Part shown: positions 18,850-26,725 of the stretch, piece after piece
Layout of the letters: each line of letters begins with the position of its first letter
Numbering within the stretch: the first letter of the stretch is position 1
Assembly (NCBI GenBank): GCA_903926565.1
Contig: CAIYJU010000052.1
Span: 18,581-82,580 of the forward strand
DNA: 64,000 bases
Source: an uncultured Bacteroidales bacterium
Lineage (GTDB): Bacteria; Bacteroidota; Bacteroidia; Bacteroidales; FEN-979
Direction: 5' to 3'
Position numbers and translations under genes: made by a program
Notes under the pieces: model-generated
What the model was told of the DNA's origin: nothing
Databases searched by the model: none
The model's input: the letters and a program-made list of their open reading frames with translations, nothing else

Positions 18850-20068
18850 TCCTTACTTAGGATTGGGCTATCGGCAACCCTCCAGTAGCCTTTTCTGGTA
18901 TTCGCAGATTCCCAGGCTTTAGGCCGTGGGATACCGAGTTTAATCAGGTTGTGGCGTTTGGATCTGATGCGTTTCCATTGTTTCCAAATCAATGATCTCA
19001 ACCGCCGTCTGAACCATTCGTCAGTTCACTCAAGCAGGATTTTCATGTCGGCAAGCCGGAAGTAATTCAGCCATCCTGTGATGAATTGGCGCAATGCTTC
19101 CTTTCTGCGTTCATTTCCCCAACCGTTGCTGCGACAGGTCAGCTCCCTGATTTTCGCATTCATCTTTTCTACGCTCTTCCGGTGAATGCGGATTTTGCAC
19201 CCATCCTTTGTAAAGTAAAATCCATACCCCAAAAACTTTACGTCTTTGATGTGGGCCACTACCGTCTTGTTTTGATTTACTTTCAGGCACAATGTACCTT
19301 CGATGTATTTCGTGATGCTTGCAAGCACCCTTGCGGCTGCCCATTCGCTTCGGCAAAATATCATACAATCGTCGGCGTACCTCACGAACCGGTGGGTTTG
19401 CAAATACAAACGCAGTGCTTCCGTATCCATCCCGTCTATCCCTCCACTCCCATTATTCCGCTTCACTTGTTTGTAAGCTGAATTTAGATTGGCAGGTGAC
19501 AGAATGTACTCAAATAGCTCTGCTCCTCCTGTCGTTATGTTGGTGTCTCCTTTTTCGGTCATCCATAGGAATGTCTGCCCTTCTGCGTAGCTTTCGAGTG
19601 CCGCTCTATCATTCTGCAAACAGGTGTCTTTATCCGTTTTCTGCTCTCTGCCATTCATACGGTAACGATCATTTGATGCTCACCTCTTAAGATTTGACCC
19701 TTCCAATATCAACCCATGGTATCGTACTATGGTCGCTGCTGACTCCTGTTGGCAATTGTTAGCCGTGTTTCTTACTCCGTTTCCACACGTCCAACAGGTC
19801 TCCCGTGGTAAACTTATTCCCTTTCATCCCAGGTAACCGCTGCATTTACACCCCAACATCCGGGTAGTTTTTGGACTTCGATTTGTCTTGCAATCTCATC
19901 CTGCCGGGTATGCCTGATGCAATTCGTGTTCCTCGGTACGGGACTTTGCCTCCTGCTTCCTTCAGATTCCGCTTCACAACGGACACCCTTGCTCCTGGCT
20001 AATGGTTGGTAACTACCGACCTCCATAAAGGACTTGCACCTTCAAGGTTATAAGTGTGCACGGCACAC
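18850..20068 (-). mobile_element. decayed group II intron (class C-like placement) inserted immediately downstream of the tRNA-Met terminator; the 3-prime boundary is approximate
   Basis: On the minus strand the terminator hairpin and U-run are followed directly by GTGTGCCGTGCAC (a GUGYG 5-prime intron consensus). An intron-encoded RT/maturase ORF lies within the element. Confidence 0.55.
19026..19658 (-). CDS. group II intron reverse transcriptase/maturase, internally deleted (RT domains 2-4 missing), probably non-functional
   Basis: ELFEYILSPANLNSAYKQVKRNNGSGGIDGMD (RT0/1) is joined directly to RFVRYADDCMIFCRS (the RT5 YADD box). The maturase X-domain motif QFITGWLNYFR is present. Total length is 210 aa against roughly 400+ aa for an intact protein. 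Confidence 0.65.
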   Translation of the reverse strand: MNGREQKTDKDTCLQNDRAALESYAEGQTFLWMTEKGDTNITTGGAELFEYILSPANLNSAYKQVKRNNGSGGIDGMDTEALRLYLQTHRFVRYADDCMIFCRSEWAAARVLASITKYIEGTLCLKVNQNKTVVAHIKDVKFLGYGFYFTKDGCKIRIHRKSVEKMNAKIRELTCRSNGWGNERRKEALRQFITGWLNYFRLADMKILLE

Positions 20069-20069
20069 A

Positions 20070-20110
20070 ACAAAAAACCACCTACAGTTTGACGTGTAAG
20101 TGGTTGATTT
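20070..20110 (-). terminator. rho-independent terminator of tRNA-Met (AACCAC...GUGGUU stem followed by U6)
   Basis: Hairpin plus T-run on the minus strand immediately 3-prime of the tRNA. Confidence 0.6.
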
Positions 20111-20115
20111 TGAAG

Positions 20116-20189
20116 TGGGCCCACTAGGACTTGAACCTAGGACCAATAGATTATGAGTCTACTGCTCTAACCATCTGAGCTATGGGCCC
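20116..20189 (-). tRNA. tRNA-Met (anticodon CAT; could alternatively be tRNA-Ile2 if lysidine-modified)
   Basis: GGGCCCATAGCTCAGATGGTTAGAGCAGTAGACTCATAATCTATTGGTCCTAGGTTCAAGTCCTAGTGGGCCCA folds as a cloverleaf: 7-bp acceptor stem, GTTCAAGTC T-loop, CTCATAA anticodon loop. Confidence 0.85.
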
Positions 20190-20194
20190 GAAAC

Positions 20195-20229
20195 GAATAT
20201 CGAATTTCGAATATTGAATATTGAATTTC
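20195..20229. repeat. heptanucleotide SSR (GAATWTY)x5 overlapping the annotated start of the HAD gene
   Basis: gaatatc gaatttc gaatatt gaatatt gaatttc read directly from the sequence. The same heptamer family recurs inside recO. Confidence 0.6.
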
Positions 20230-20993
20230 GAACTCGTTTGAGGGGCGCAAAGATAGAAATTTATTACGATTTTTGCAACCGGATATTTAATACTATTCCT
20301 TTGAAACTCAAACCGGCAAAGATTGAACAAGGTGACGCGTCACGAGTCACGAGTCACGAGTCACCTATCACGAGTCACGAAATCAAAAACATCATCTTCG
20401 ACTTTGGCGGTGTCATCTGCAACATCGATGTAACACTTACCGAAAAAGCGTTCATGGATCTCGGGTTGACAAATTATGACACCGGCCGGTCCATCGCCGA
20501 TTCCGCCGGCCTCTTCGAGGGTATCGAAACGGGGACCATCAGTTCCCGGCAATTCCGGGACGGGCTTAAACCACTGTTCAGCAACCCCGTTACGGATGAA
20601 CAGATCGATACCGCCTGGAATGCATTGCTCCTCGACATCCCCGGACCTCATATCAGAATGCTCGAAGCATTGCGGAAAAATTACCGCATTTTTCTGCTGA
20701 GTAATACCACCGAAATCCATTACCTGAAATATCTTGACGATTTCAGAAACAAATTCGGTTACGCAGGCTTTGATGCACTTTTTGAAAAAGCATATTTTTC
20801 ATTTCAGCTTGGATTGAAGAAACCTTCTCAGGAAATATTCAGGCATGTTCTACAGCAAAGCAGGCTGAACCCCGCAGAAACACTCTTTATCGACGATACC
20901 CTGAGACACGTGGAAGGCGCCAGAAAAGCGGGAATAAATGGGTATCACCTCGCGATCGGCAAGGGGGAACATATCCTTGATCTCTTTGATTAA
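20214..20993 (+). CDS. HAD-superfamily hydrolase; the real start is uncertain (TTG candidates at 20214 and 20301)
   Basis: HAD motif I IIFDFGGVI, a motif II Ser/Thr in LLSNTTE, and C-terminal motifs K...FIDDT. The N-terminal extension is encoded partly by SSRs. Confidence 0.65.
   Translation: MNIEFRTRLRGAKIEIYYDFCNRIFNTIPLKLKPAKIEQGDASRVTSHESPITSHEIKNIIFDFGGVICNIDVTLTEKAFMDLGLTNYDTGRSIADSAGLFEGIETGTISSRQFRDGLKPLFSNPVTDEQIDTAWNALLLDIPGPHIRMLEALRKNYRIFLLSNTTEIHYLKYLDDFRNKFGYAGFDALFEKAYFSFQLGLKKPSQEIFRHVLQQSRLNPAETLFIDDTLRHVEGARKAGINGYHLAIGKGEHILDLFD
20340..20381. repeat. heptanucleotide SSR (TCACGAG)x6 (4 perfect and 2 variant units) in the 5-prime region of the HAD gene
   Basis: tcacgag tcacgag tcacgag tcaccta tcacgag tcacgaa, encoding ...SRVTSHESPITSHE... 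Confidence 0.7.
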
Positions 20994-21058
20994 AAAAGAC
21001 TTGACACGCATCCAAAAAAACATTACCTTTGCCACCCCTTTTTAAACGGCAGAAAACC

Positions 21059-22108
21059 ATGAAATTATCTCAGTTTCGCTACCATCTCCCTCCAGATCTT
21101 ATCGCCAATCAGCCTTCGAAACATCGCGACGAAGTGCCCATGATCGTGCTTGACCGGAAGACACAGACCATTGAACATGCCCAGTTCAAGGACATTCTCA
21201 ACTATTTCGGAGACGGGGATGCGTTCATCATAAACAATACGAAAGTTTTTCCCGCCAGGCTATATGGGGAAAAAGAAAAAACAGGGGCCAAGATAGAAGT
21301 CTTCCTGCTCCGGGAACTGAACCGTGAATCACGGTTGTGGGATGTACTGGTTGACCCTGCCCGCAAAATAAGGATCGGCAACAAATTATATTTCGGCGAC
21401 GATGATGCGCTTGTTGCTGAAGTAATCGACAACACAACTTCGCGTGGCCGCACCATTCGATTCCTTTTCGACGGACCTTACGACGAGTTCAAAAAGACCA
21501 TTCAGCGCCTTGGGGAAACCCCGTTGCCAAAAATCCACAACCGCCAGGCCACTGTTGAAGATGAAGAACGTTATCAGACAATCTTCGCCAAACATGAAGG
21601 CGCTGTTGCCGCTCCTACGGCAGGATTGCATTTCAGCCGCGAGATCATCAAACGCCTTGAATTACAGGGAGTTTCATTTGCGGAAATCACCCTCCACCTC
21701 GGGCTCGGCAACTTCCGCACGATTGATGTGGAAGATCTGACCAAGCACAAAATGGATTCTGAGGAGATGATCATTGAACCGGAAGCCGCAGAGATCGTGA
21801 ACCGAGCCATGGCACGTAAAGGCCGTATTGTTGCGGTCGGCACAACTACGATGAAGGCCATCGAATCTTCCGTGACTGTTTCAGGAAACCTCAAACCCTA
21901 CCGGGGATGGACCAACAAGTTCATCTTTCCTCCCTATGAATTCAGCATCGCCAATGCCATGATCACCAACCTGCACATGTCACAGTCGCCGATGATGATG
22001 ATGGTGGCCGCATTTGCCGGTTACGACCTGCTGATGAAGGCGTATGACGTTGCCATCGACAAGAAGTATAAATTCTTTACCTACGGAAACCCGATGCTGA
22101 TCCTCTGA
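21059..22108 (+). CDS. queA: S-adenosylmethionine:tRNA ribosyltransferase-isomerase
   Basis: [33 protein letters not shown]..., then ...[10 protein letters not shown] and the rest of the QueA signature; about 350 aa. Confidence 0.88.
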   Translation: MKLSQFRYHLPPDLIANQPSKHRDEVPMIVLDRKTQTIEHAQFKDILNYFGDGDAFIINNTKVFPARLYGEKEKTGAKIEVFLLRELNRESRLWDVLVDPARKIRIGNKLYFGDDDALVAEVIDNTTSRGRTIRFLFDGPYDEFKKTIQRLGETPLPKIHNRQATVEDEERYQTIFAKHEGAVAAPTAGLHFSREIIKRLELQGVSFAEITLHLGLGNFRTIDVEDLTKHKMDSEEMIIEPEAAEIVNRAMARKGRIVAVGTTTMKAIESSVTVSGNLKPYRGWTNKFIFPPYEFSIANAMITNLHMSQSPMMMMVAAFAGYDLLMKAYDVAIDKKYKFFTYGNPMLIL

Positions 22109-22112
22109 TCAG

Positions 22113-22790
22113 ATGGTGAATTTGAAAAAATTCGCAATCATCGTTGCAGGCGGCGTGGGAACACGGATGAACGCCGGTATCCCGAAACAATTCCTTCTCC
22201 TGGGAGGAAAACCAGTCCTGATGCACAGCATGGAAGCTTTTGCCTTGGCTTACCCCGATATTTCAATTATTCTTGTATTGCCGGCCAGTCAGTTTTCGTC
22301 ATGGCAGTCGCTTTGTGAACAACATCTGTTTACCCTTCCCCACCAGGTTGTCGCAGGCGGAGAAACCCGGTTCCATTCAGTTAAAAATGCACTTTCAGCA
22401 ATCGGCAGCGATGGAGTGGTTGCCATTCACGACGGGGTAAGACCACTTATATCTGTTTCACTTATCCGGGAGGGCTTTCTCTCTGCCGGGCAGCTTGGGA
22501 ACTGTATCCCGGTCGTCCCTGTTAACGAATCATTGAGAATGCTTGAAAACGGTGGATCCCATGCGGTTGGACGCAGTGAATTCTGCATGGTCCAGACACC
22601 CCAGGTTTTTCGCTGCAACATCATAAAAAAGGCCTATGAACAGGCGTACCGTGAAAGCTTTACCGACGATGCAACGGTGGCAGAAAGCATTGGGGAGGTC
22701 ATTCACCTGATCGACGGAGACCCGGTAAATTTAAAAATCACCCACCCTTCCGACCTTGCTGCAGCCGAAGCGATATTCAGGTCAGTTTAA
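22113..22790 (+). CDS. ispD: 2-C-methyl-D-erythritol 4-phosphate cytidylyltransferase
   Basis: IVAGGVGTRMNAGIPKQFLLLGGKPVLMHS... IspD-family motifs; 225 aa. Confidence 0.82.
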   Translation: MVNLKKFAIIVAGGVGTRMNAGIPKQFLLLGGKPVLMHSMEAFALAYPDISIILVLPASQFSSWQSLCEQHLFTLPHQVVAGGETRFHSVKNALSAIGSDGVVAIHDGVRPLISVSLIREGFLSAGQLGNCIPVVPVNESLRMLENGGSHAVGRSEFCMVQTPQVFRCNIIKKAYEQAYRESFTDDATVAESIGEVIHLIDGDPVNLKITHPSDLAAAEAIFRSV

Positions 22791-22795
22791 CTCCT

Positions 22796-23950
22796 TTACA
22801 AGCCCCGTCTGCCTTTCCAGCGATATGGAATAAACAGCCCCATCAAACCTGCCAGGGGAACATAGATGAGCTGAAAAACCTGTGCGATAACATAGTAACA
22901 GGAAAGTCCTTCCTTTTTGAAAAACCGGCCCATGATCCAAACGAGGGGGTATTCCAGAACTATTTTCACCAGCCAGAGGAGCAGTGAAATTGAAAGAACT
23001 TCCGGAATACATATCCCTGAAATCAACCCGGCAAGCAACAGCAGATGAGTTAACCCGGTTATCAAACCCACGATAATCACAACCGGATCACGATTGCCAC
23101 GGCTCTTGGAGACCCACCTCATTCGCTGATGAATGAACCCTGTCAGGGTCGGTTCAGCCTCCGTACTTACAGCCGCCAATATATCCGAATTAAAAAAAAG
23201 CGCCTCTTTCCCGTGTTGTTTCCGCACTGCGCTCATCATAAACTGGTCATCACCGGAGGCATATCTGAGATTTCTGCCAAACCCTCCGGCCTGAAGAAAT
23301 GCACTTTTCCGGTATGCAAGGTTAGCCCCGTTACACATCACCGGAAACCCAAGCGCTGCACTGCCTGCAGTAACGCCCATCAATCCCAGGAATTCAAGTG
23401 ACTGAATTTTTTGAAACAGGCTTTTCTCATTGCAGAAATAAACAGTGCCCAGAACCATCTGAACTTTTGAAGAAGCAAATCCTGCAACCATGGAGGTAAT
23501 CCAACTGCTGCTTCGGCCTGTATCCGCATCCGTAAAGAGCAGGATATCTCCCCTTGCCCTGGCGATCGCTCTTGTAATGGCACTCTTTTTACCTGTTTCA
23601 CTATTTTCCTTTAGTACGGAAGACAACAATACCAATGAAAATCCTCTGTTTCCGGATGCAAAACCGTGAGCAATTGCCATGGTATCATCTTCAGAAAAAT
23701 CATCTGTGATGATCACCTCCAGGCGATCGCAGGGAAAATCCTGGTTACGCAGCTCTTCCAGTATCCGGAGGAGGTTTTTCGACTCATTGCGCACTGCTAC
23801 AATGACCGAGACAAACCCGGTATGCTGAGGTGTTTGCACCTGCCTGGCCCTCCGGATTCTGATCACCCCGATGGTAAACGCAAGGATGAGAATCCCATAT
23901 AATGTGACAAATACAGGAAGGAGGAGCATAAATATCTCAGGAATTACCAT
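22796..23950 (-). CDS. family-2 glycosyltransferase with C-terminal TM helices
   Basis: VSVIVAVRNESKNLLRILEELRNQDF...ITDDFSEDDT (GT2 DXD region), ending in a QRMRW-like motif (HQRMRWVSK). Confidence 0.75.
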   Translation of the reverse strand: MVIPEIFMLLLPVFVTLYGILILAFTIGVIRIRRARQVQTPQHTGFVSVIVAVRNESKNLLRILEELRNQDFPCDRLEVIITDDFSEDDTMAIAHGFASGNRGFSLVLLSSVLKENSETGKKSAITRAIARARGDILLFTDADTGRSSSWITSMVAGFASSKVQMVLGTVYFCNEKSLFQKIQSLEFLGLMGVTAGSAALGFPVMCNGANLAYRKSAFLQAGGFGRNLRYASGDDQFMMSAVRKQHGKEALFFNSDILAAVSTEAEPTLTGFIHQRMRWVSKSRGNRDPVVIIVGLITGLTHLLLLAGLISGICIPEVLSISLLLWLVKIVLEYPLVWIMGRFFKKEGLSCYYVIAQVFQLIYVPLAGLMGLFIPYRWKGRRGL

Positions 23951-24974
23951 CAGGGCTTATTTTTCGGAAAAACCGGAGGCGGAAGACAAATAAAGTTCCG
24001 ATCAGTGTCGGGATACCAAGATTGATCATCCATAATAGTGTTGAAGCGGCAAACACCCCAAGGCTGTTTTTCCCGGTCATGGGCACATGCTGCCCGAAAT
24101 AGAGTCCGAAAATGTACAGCGCCACCGAACCCCTGATGCCCAGTTCGGTGAGTGCGATGGTGGGAATGATCGCCATGACAAGGTAGATGATCGCAATCAG
24201 AACCAACGCATTAAAGTAAGGGATCCTGACATCAAACAACAGCAGGAGGAGGTAAAACTGGGTGGAGAAAACAAGGTACCGCGTAAAACTCAACAGCAGC
24301 ACCATGCCCATCTCGCGGTTATGATAGAAGGCAAAGACCCTGAAGAATTTCCGTAAGCGCCTGAGTCCGTTCTGCAGGATACGCTCCTTCAGGGTTGTCA
24401 GAAAGGAGAGTTTGAAAAACAGGCCCACCAGCAGAAAATCAAGGGAAAGCACAAGGACGATCAGGCTGTGGTAAAGATATCCATGAGCAAACCCGGAGGT
24501 TGAGAGGTATTGCGGTATGAAGACCAGCAGTGCAACACTGCCCATGATGACGGTTATCAGAAGCTGGCTGATGCTTCCAACCACGGTGATGAGTATCCCT
24601 TCAATTCGGCTGGCAGTTTTCAGGATAAAGATCCTCCCGAAGAATTCCCCCACCCTGTTCGGAATAAACGAGCTGACGCTGATCCCTGTCAGGACTGCCT
24701 GAAATGCATTAATAAAACTCACCTCCTCGACTTTCCCGATCAGGTATTTCCATTTAACAGCCTCGACGCTCCAGTTGACAAGCATCAGGGTGGCCACAAG
24801 CAAAAGTCCAGTCTGAAACTCGGGTTTTAGGAGGTCTGTTTTGAGTGCCACCTGCAGGCTTGAAAGATCAGCTTTTTGAAGCACCTGATGATAGATATAC
24901 AAATAGGTCATTACAAAAATCACCAGCTGGATCAGGAGGTTCAATAATTTCTGTAATTTTGACAGGTTTTTCAT
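23937..24974 (-). CDS. flippase-like polytopic membrane protein (lysylphosphatidylglycerol-synthase TM-region / UPF0104-like), probably partnered with the GT2
   Basis: About 8 TM helices. Overlaps the GT2 start by 14 bp. The start at 24974 (MKNLSKLQ) was chosen to avoid overlap with the divergent ruvC. Confidence 0.55.
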   Translation of the reverse strand: MKNLSKLQKLLNLLIQLVIFVMTYLYIYHQVLQKADLSSLQVALKTDLLKPEFQTGLLLVATLMLVNWSVEAVKWKYLIGKVEEVSFINAFQAVLTGISVSSFIPNRVGEFFGRIFILKTASRIEGILITVVGSISQLLITVIMGSVALLVFIPQYLSTSGFAHGYLYHSLIVLVLSLDFLLVGLFFKLSFLTTLKERILQNGLRRLRKFFRVFAFYHNREMGMVLLLSFTRYLVFSTQFYLLLLLFDVRIPYFNALVLIAIIYLVMAIIPTIALTELGIRGSVALYIFGLYFGQHVPMTGKNSLGVFAASTLLWMINLGIPTLIGTLFVFRLRFFRKISPDGNS

Positions 24975-24981
24975 CTCTCTT

Positions 24982-25533
24982 ATGGCAATCGAACGCATTA
25001 TTCTTGGTATAGACCCGGGCACCACCATCATGGGTTATGGCGTTATCAGCATAACCGGCACCAAAATGAGCGTACTTGCTTTGGGCGTGCTAAAATTAAG
25101 CAAATACGATGACCATGCGGTGCGGCTCAAAATTATTTTTGAACGGATGATCTCCCTGATTGAACAGTACCATCCGGATGAACTTTCCATCGAGGCGCCA
25201 TTTTTCGGGAAGAATGTTCAGTCGATGCTGAAACTCGGTCGGGCGCAGGGTGTTGCCATCGCGGCAGCACTGTCGCGTTCACTTCCCATTTTTGAATACT
25301 CCCCGCGAAAAATCAAGCAGTCGATCACCGGAAAAGGCGCTGCCTCGAAGGAGCAGGTTGCCGCCATGCTGATGCACCTGCTGCAAATCACCGAAAATCC
25401 TGAAACCCTGGATGCCACCGACGGACTGGCTGCCGCCGTGTGCCACTACTTTCAAAACGGCAAACCTGAAGCGGACAAGAAGTTTACAGGATGGAAAAGC
25501 TTTCTGGCGGCCAATCCGGAGAGGCGGGGATGA
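24982..25533 (+). CDS. ruvC: crossover junction endodeoxyribonuclease RuvC
   Basis: MAIERIILGIDPGTTIMGYGVI...; 183 aa; RuvC catalytic acidic residues are present. Confidence 0.88.
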   Translation: MAIERIILGIDPGTTIMGYGVISITGTKMSVLALGVLKLSKYDDHAVRLKIIFERMISLIEQYHPDELSIEAPFFGKNVQSMLKLGRAQGVAIAAALSRSLPIFEYSPRKIKQSITGKGAASKEQVAAMLMHLLQITENPETLDATDGLAAAVCHYFQNGKPEADKKFTGWKSFLAANPERRG

Positions 25534-25540
25534 CGCCACC

Positions 25541-26719
25541 CTACATCAACTTCTGATAGACCATCCACCACCTGTCGGGGATGTCGTTTTCACAGGCAAT
25601 CTGGTAATCTTTGTAGGAACACGGTACGAGATAGTGCCGTTCATACCTGATGCGCTGTTCGGCAGGTAATGGGATCTCCATCCACCAGCGGTCGGTCTTT
25701 TTGCTTTTATAAAACACGATCTCCTCTTTGTGGTCGCGGATGCTGACCCTGTATTTCATGTAATCCTCCTCGTTTTTAAACGGGAAATCGTGCGCCCGGT
25801 TATAATAGCCATCGATAAAATACCAGATCATCTGAGCCACAAGGTGCGCAGTCTGACCGGTTTTATCATGCCTCGGATTCACCTCGTAGAACCCTATGGA
25901 GGTAAGCTTGTCACTCAATCCGGCATACCGTACGATCTGGCAGGCCTCCTCCCCGTAAAAGCCGTTGGGGGTCGCATTTGCATTCCCGGGAGCGTCTGAG
26001 TTTCGGATCGAAGAGACATCGAAGGTAAGCATGTCGGCATTCCGGACAATTGGCTCCACATCCTCAATCGTTTCGCGTACAATACCAAGACGATACGTAT
26101 CGAAGAAGAGGTTTTTCATCAGTTTGAGCGCATCCTGATCTATGAAATAGGTCTGGTAACCAATGTTTGCATAGTTGAACAGGAAATTCGGCTGGTGCAG
26201 GATGATGCTGCTCAGGTATGACTGTGCATTGATCTCCTCATCGGGTTTTCCGAGATCAAACATCGGGTCAACCGCCACAATGTTGATGATCTGGCCCAGG
26301 CTCTGATATGCCTGGTAATTGGCAAAGGTCAGATCCTGGCTTCCGCCCAGTATTACCGGTACAACATTGTTTTCAACCATTTCAGCAATGACTGAACTTA
26401 AGGCAAAATAGGTATCCGAAACTGCAAAGCCCTTTTTAATATTTCCAAGATCCACCATTTTAACCGGATAGGGACCGATGTTGAGCCGGAAGAGGAATTT
26501 CCTGATCGAATCAGGGGCCAATCCGCAACCTTCATTGCCAATGGCACCCCGGTCATCTGTCACACCGATAAGTGCCAGGTTGCAATTTGAATAGTCAGGA
26601 AAACCACCGTCATCTGTATGGATATCGATGATATTGCCAAGCCGGAGTTGCCCGGTGGCTTCTCCGCTGTAGGGAAATTCATCCCTGCTGAGGGGCTCGA
26701 AAAAAGCTGAAATATCCAT
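25541..26719 (-). CDS. arginase/agmatinase/formimidoylglutamase-family hydrolase (HutG-like) with a C-terminal extension
   Basis: GGSQDLTF, DVSSIRNSDAPGNANATPNG and LTSIGFYEVNP motifs of the ureohydrolase fold. Confidence 0.6.
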   Translation of the reverse strand: MDISAFFEPLSRDEFPYSGEATGQLRLGNIIDIHTDDGGFPDYSNCNLALIGVTDDRGAIGNEGCGLAPDSIRKFLFRLNIGPYPVKMVDLGNIKKGFAVSDTYFALSSVIAEMVENNVVPVILGGSQDLTFANYQAYQSLGQIINIVAVDPMFDLGKPDEEINAQSYLSSIILHQPNFLFNYANIGYQTYFIDQDALKLMKNLFFDTYRLGIVRETIEDVEPIVRNADMLTFDVSSIRNSDAPGNANATPNGFYGEEACQIVRYAGLSDKLTSIGFYEVNPRHDKTGQTAHLVAQMIWYFIDGYYNRAHDFPFKNEEDYMKYRVSIRDHKEEIVFYKSKKTDRWWMEIPLPAEQRIRYERHYLVPCSYKDYQIACENDIPDRWWMVYQKLM

Positions 26720-26725
26720 GGGACA

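Noticed and set aside
19814-20026. 70-aa ORF on the minus strand near the tRNA.
   Set aside because: It falls within what is interpreted as the structured RNA of the group II intron 5-prime region (domain I), not protein-coding sequence.
12600-20116. The whole inter-repeat segment as a prophage or integrative and conjugative element (ICE).
   Set aside because: No integrase, capsid, terminase, relaxase or conjugation genes. The content is surface-protein and regulator genes plus an intron remnant, so the most that can be claimed is a decayed genomic islet.
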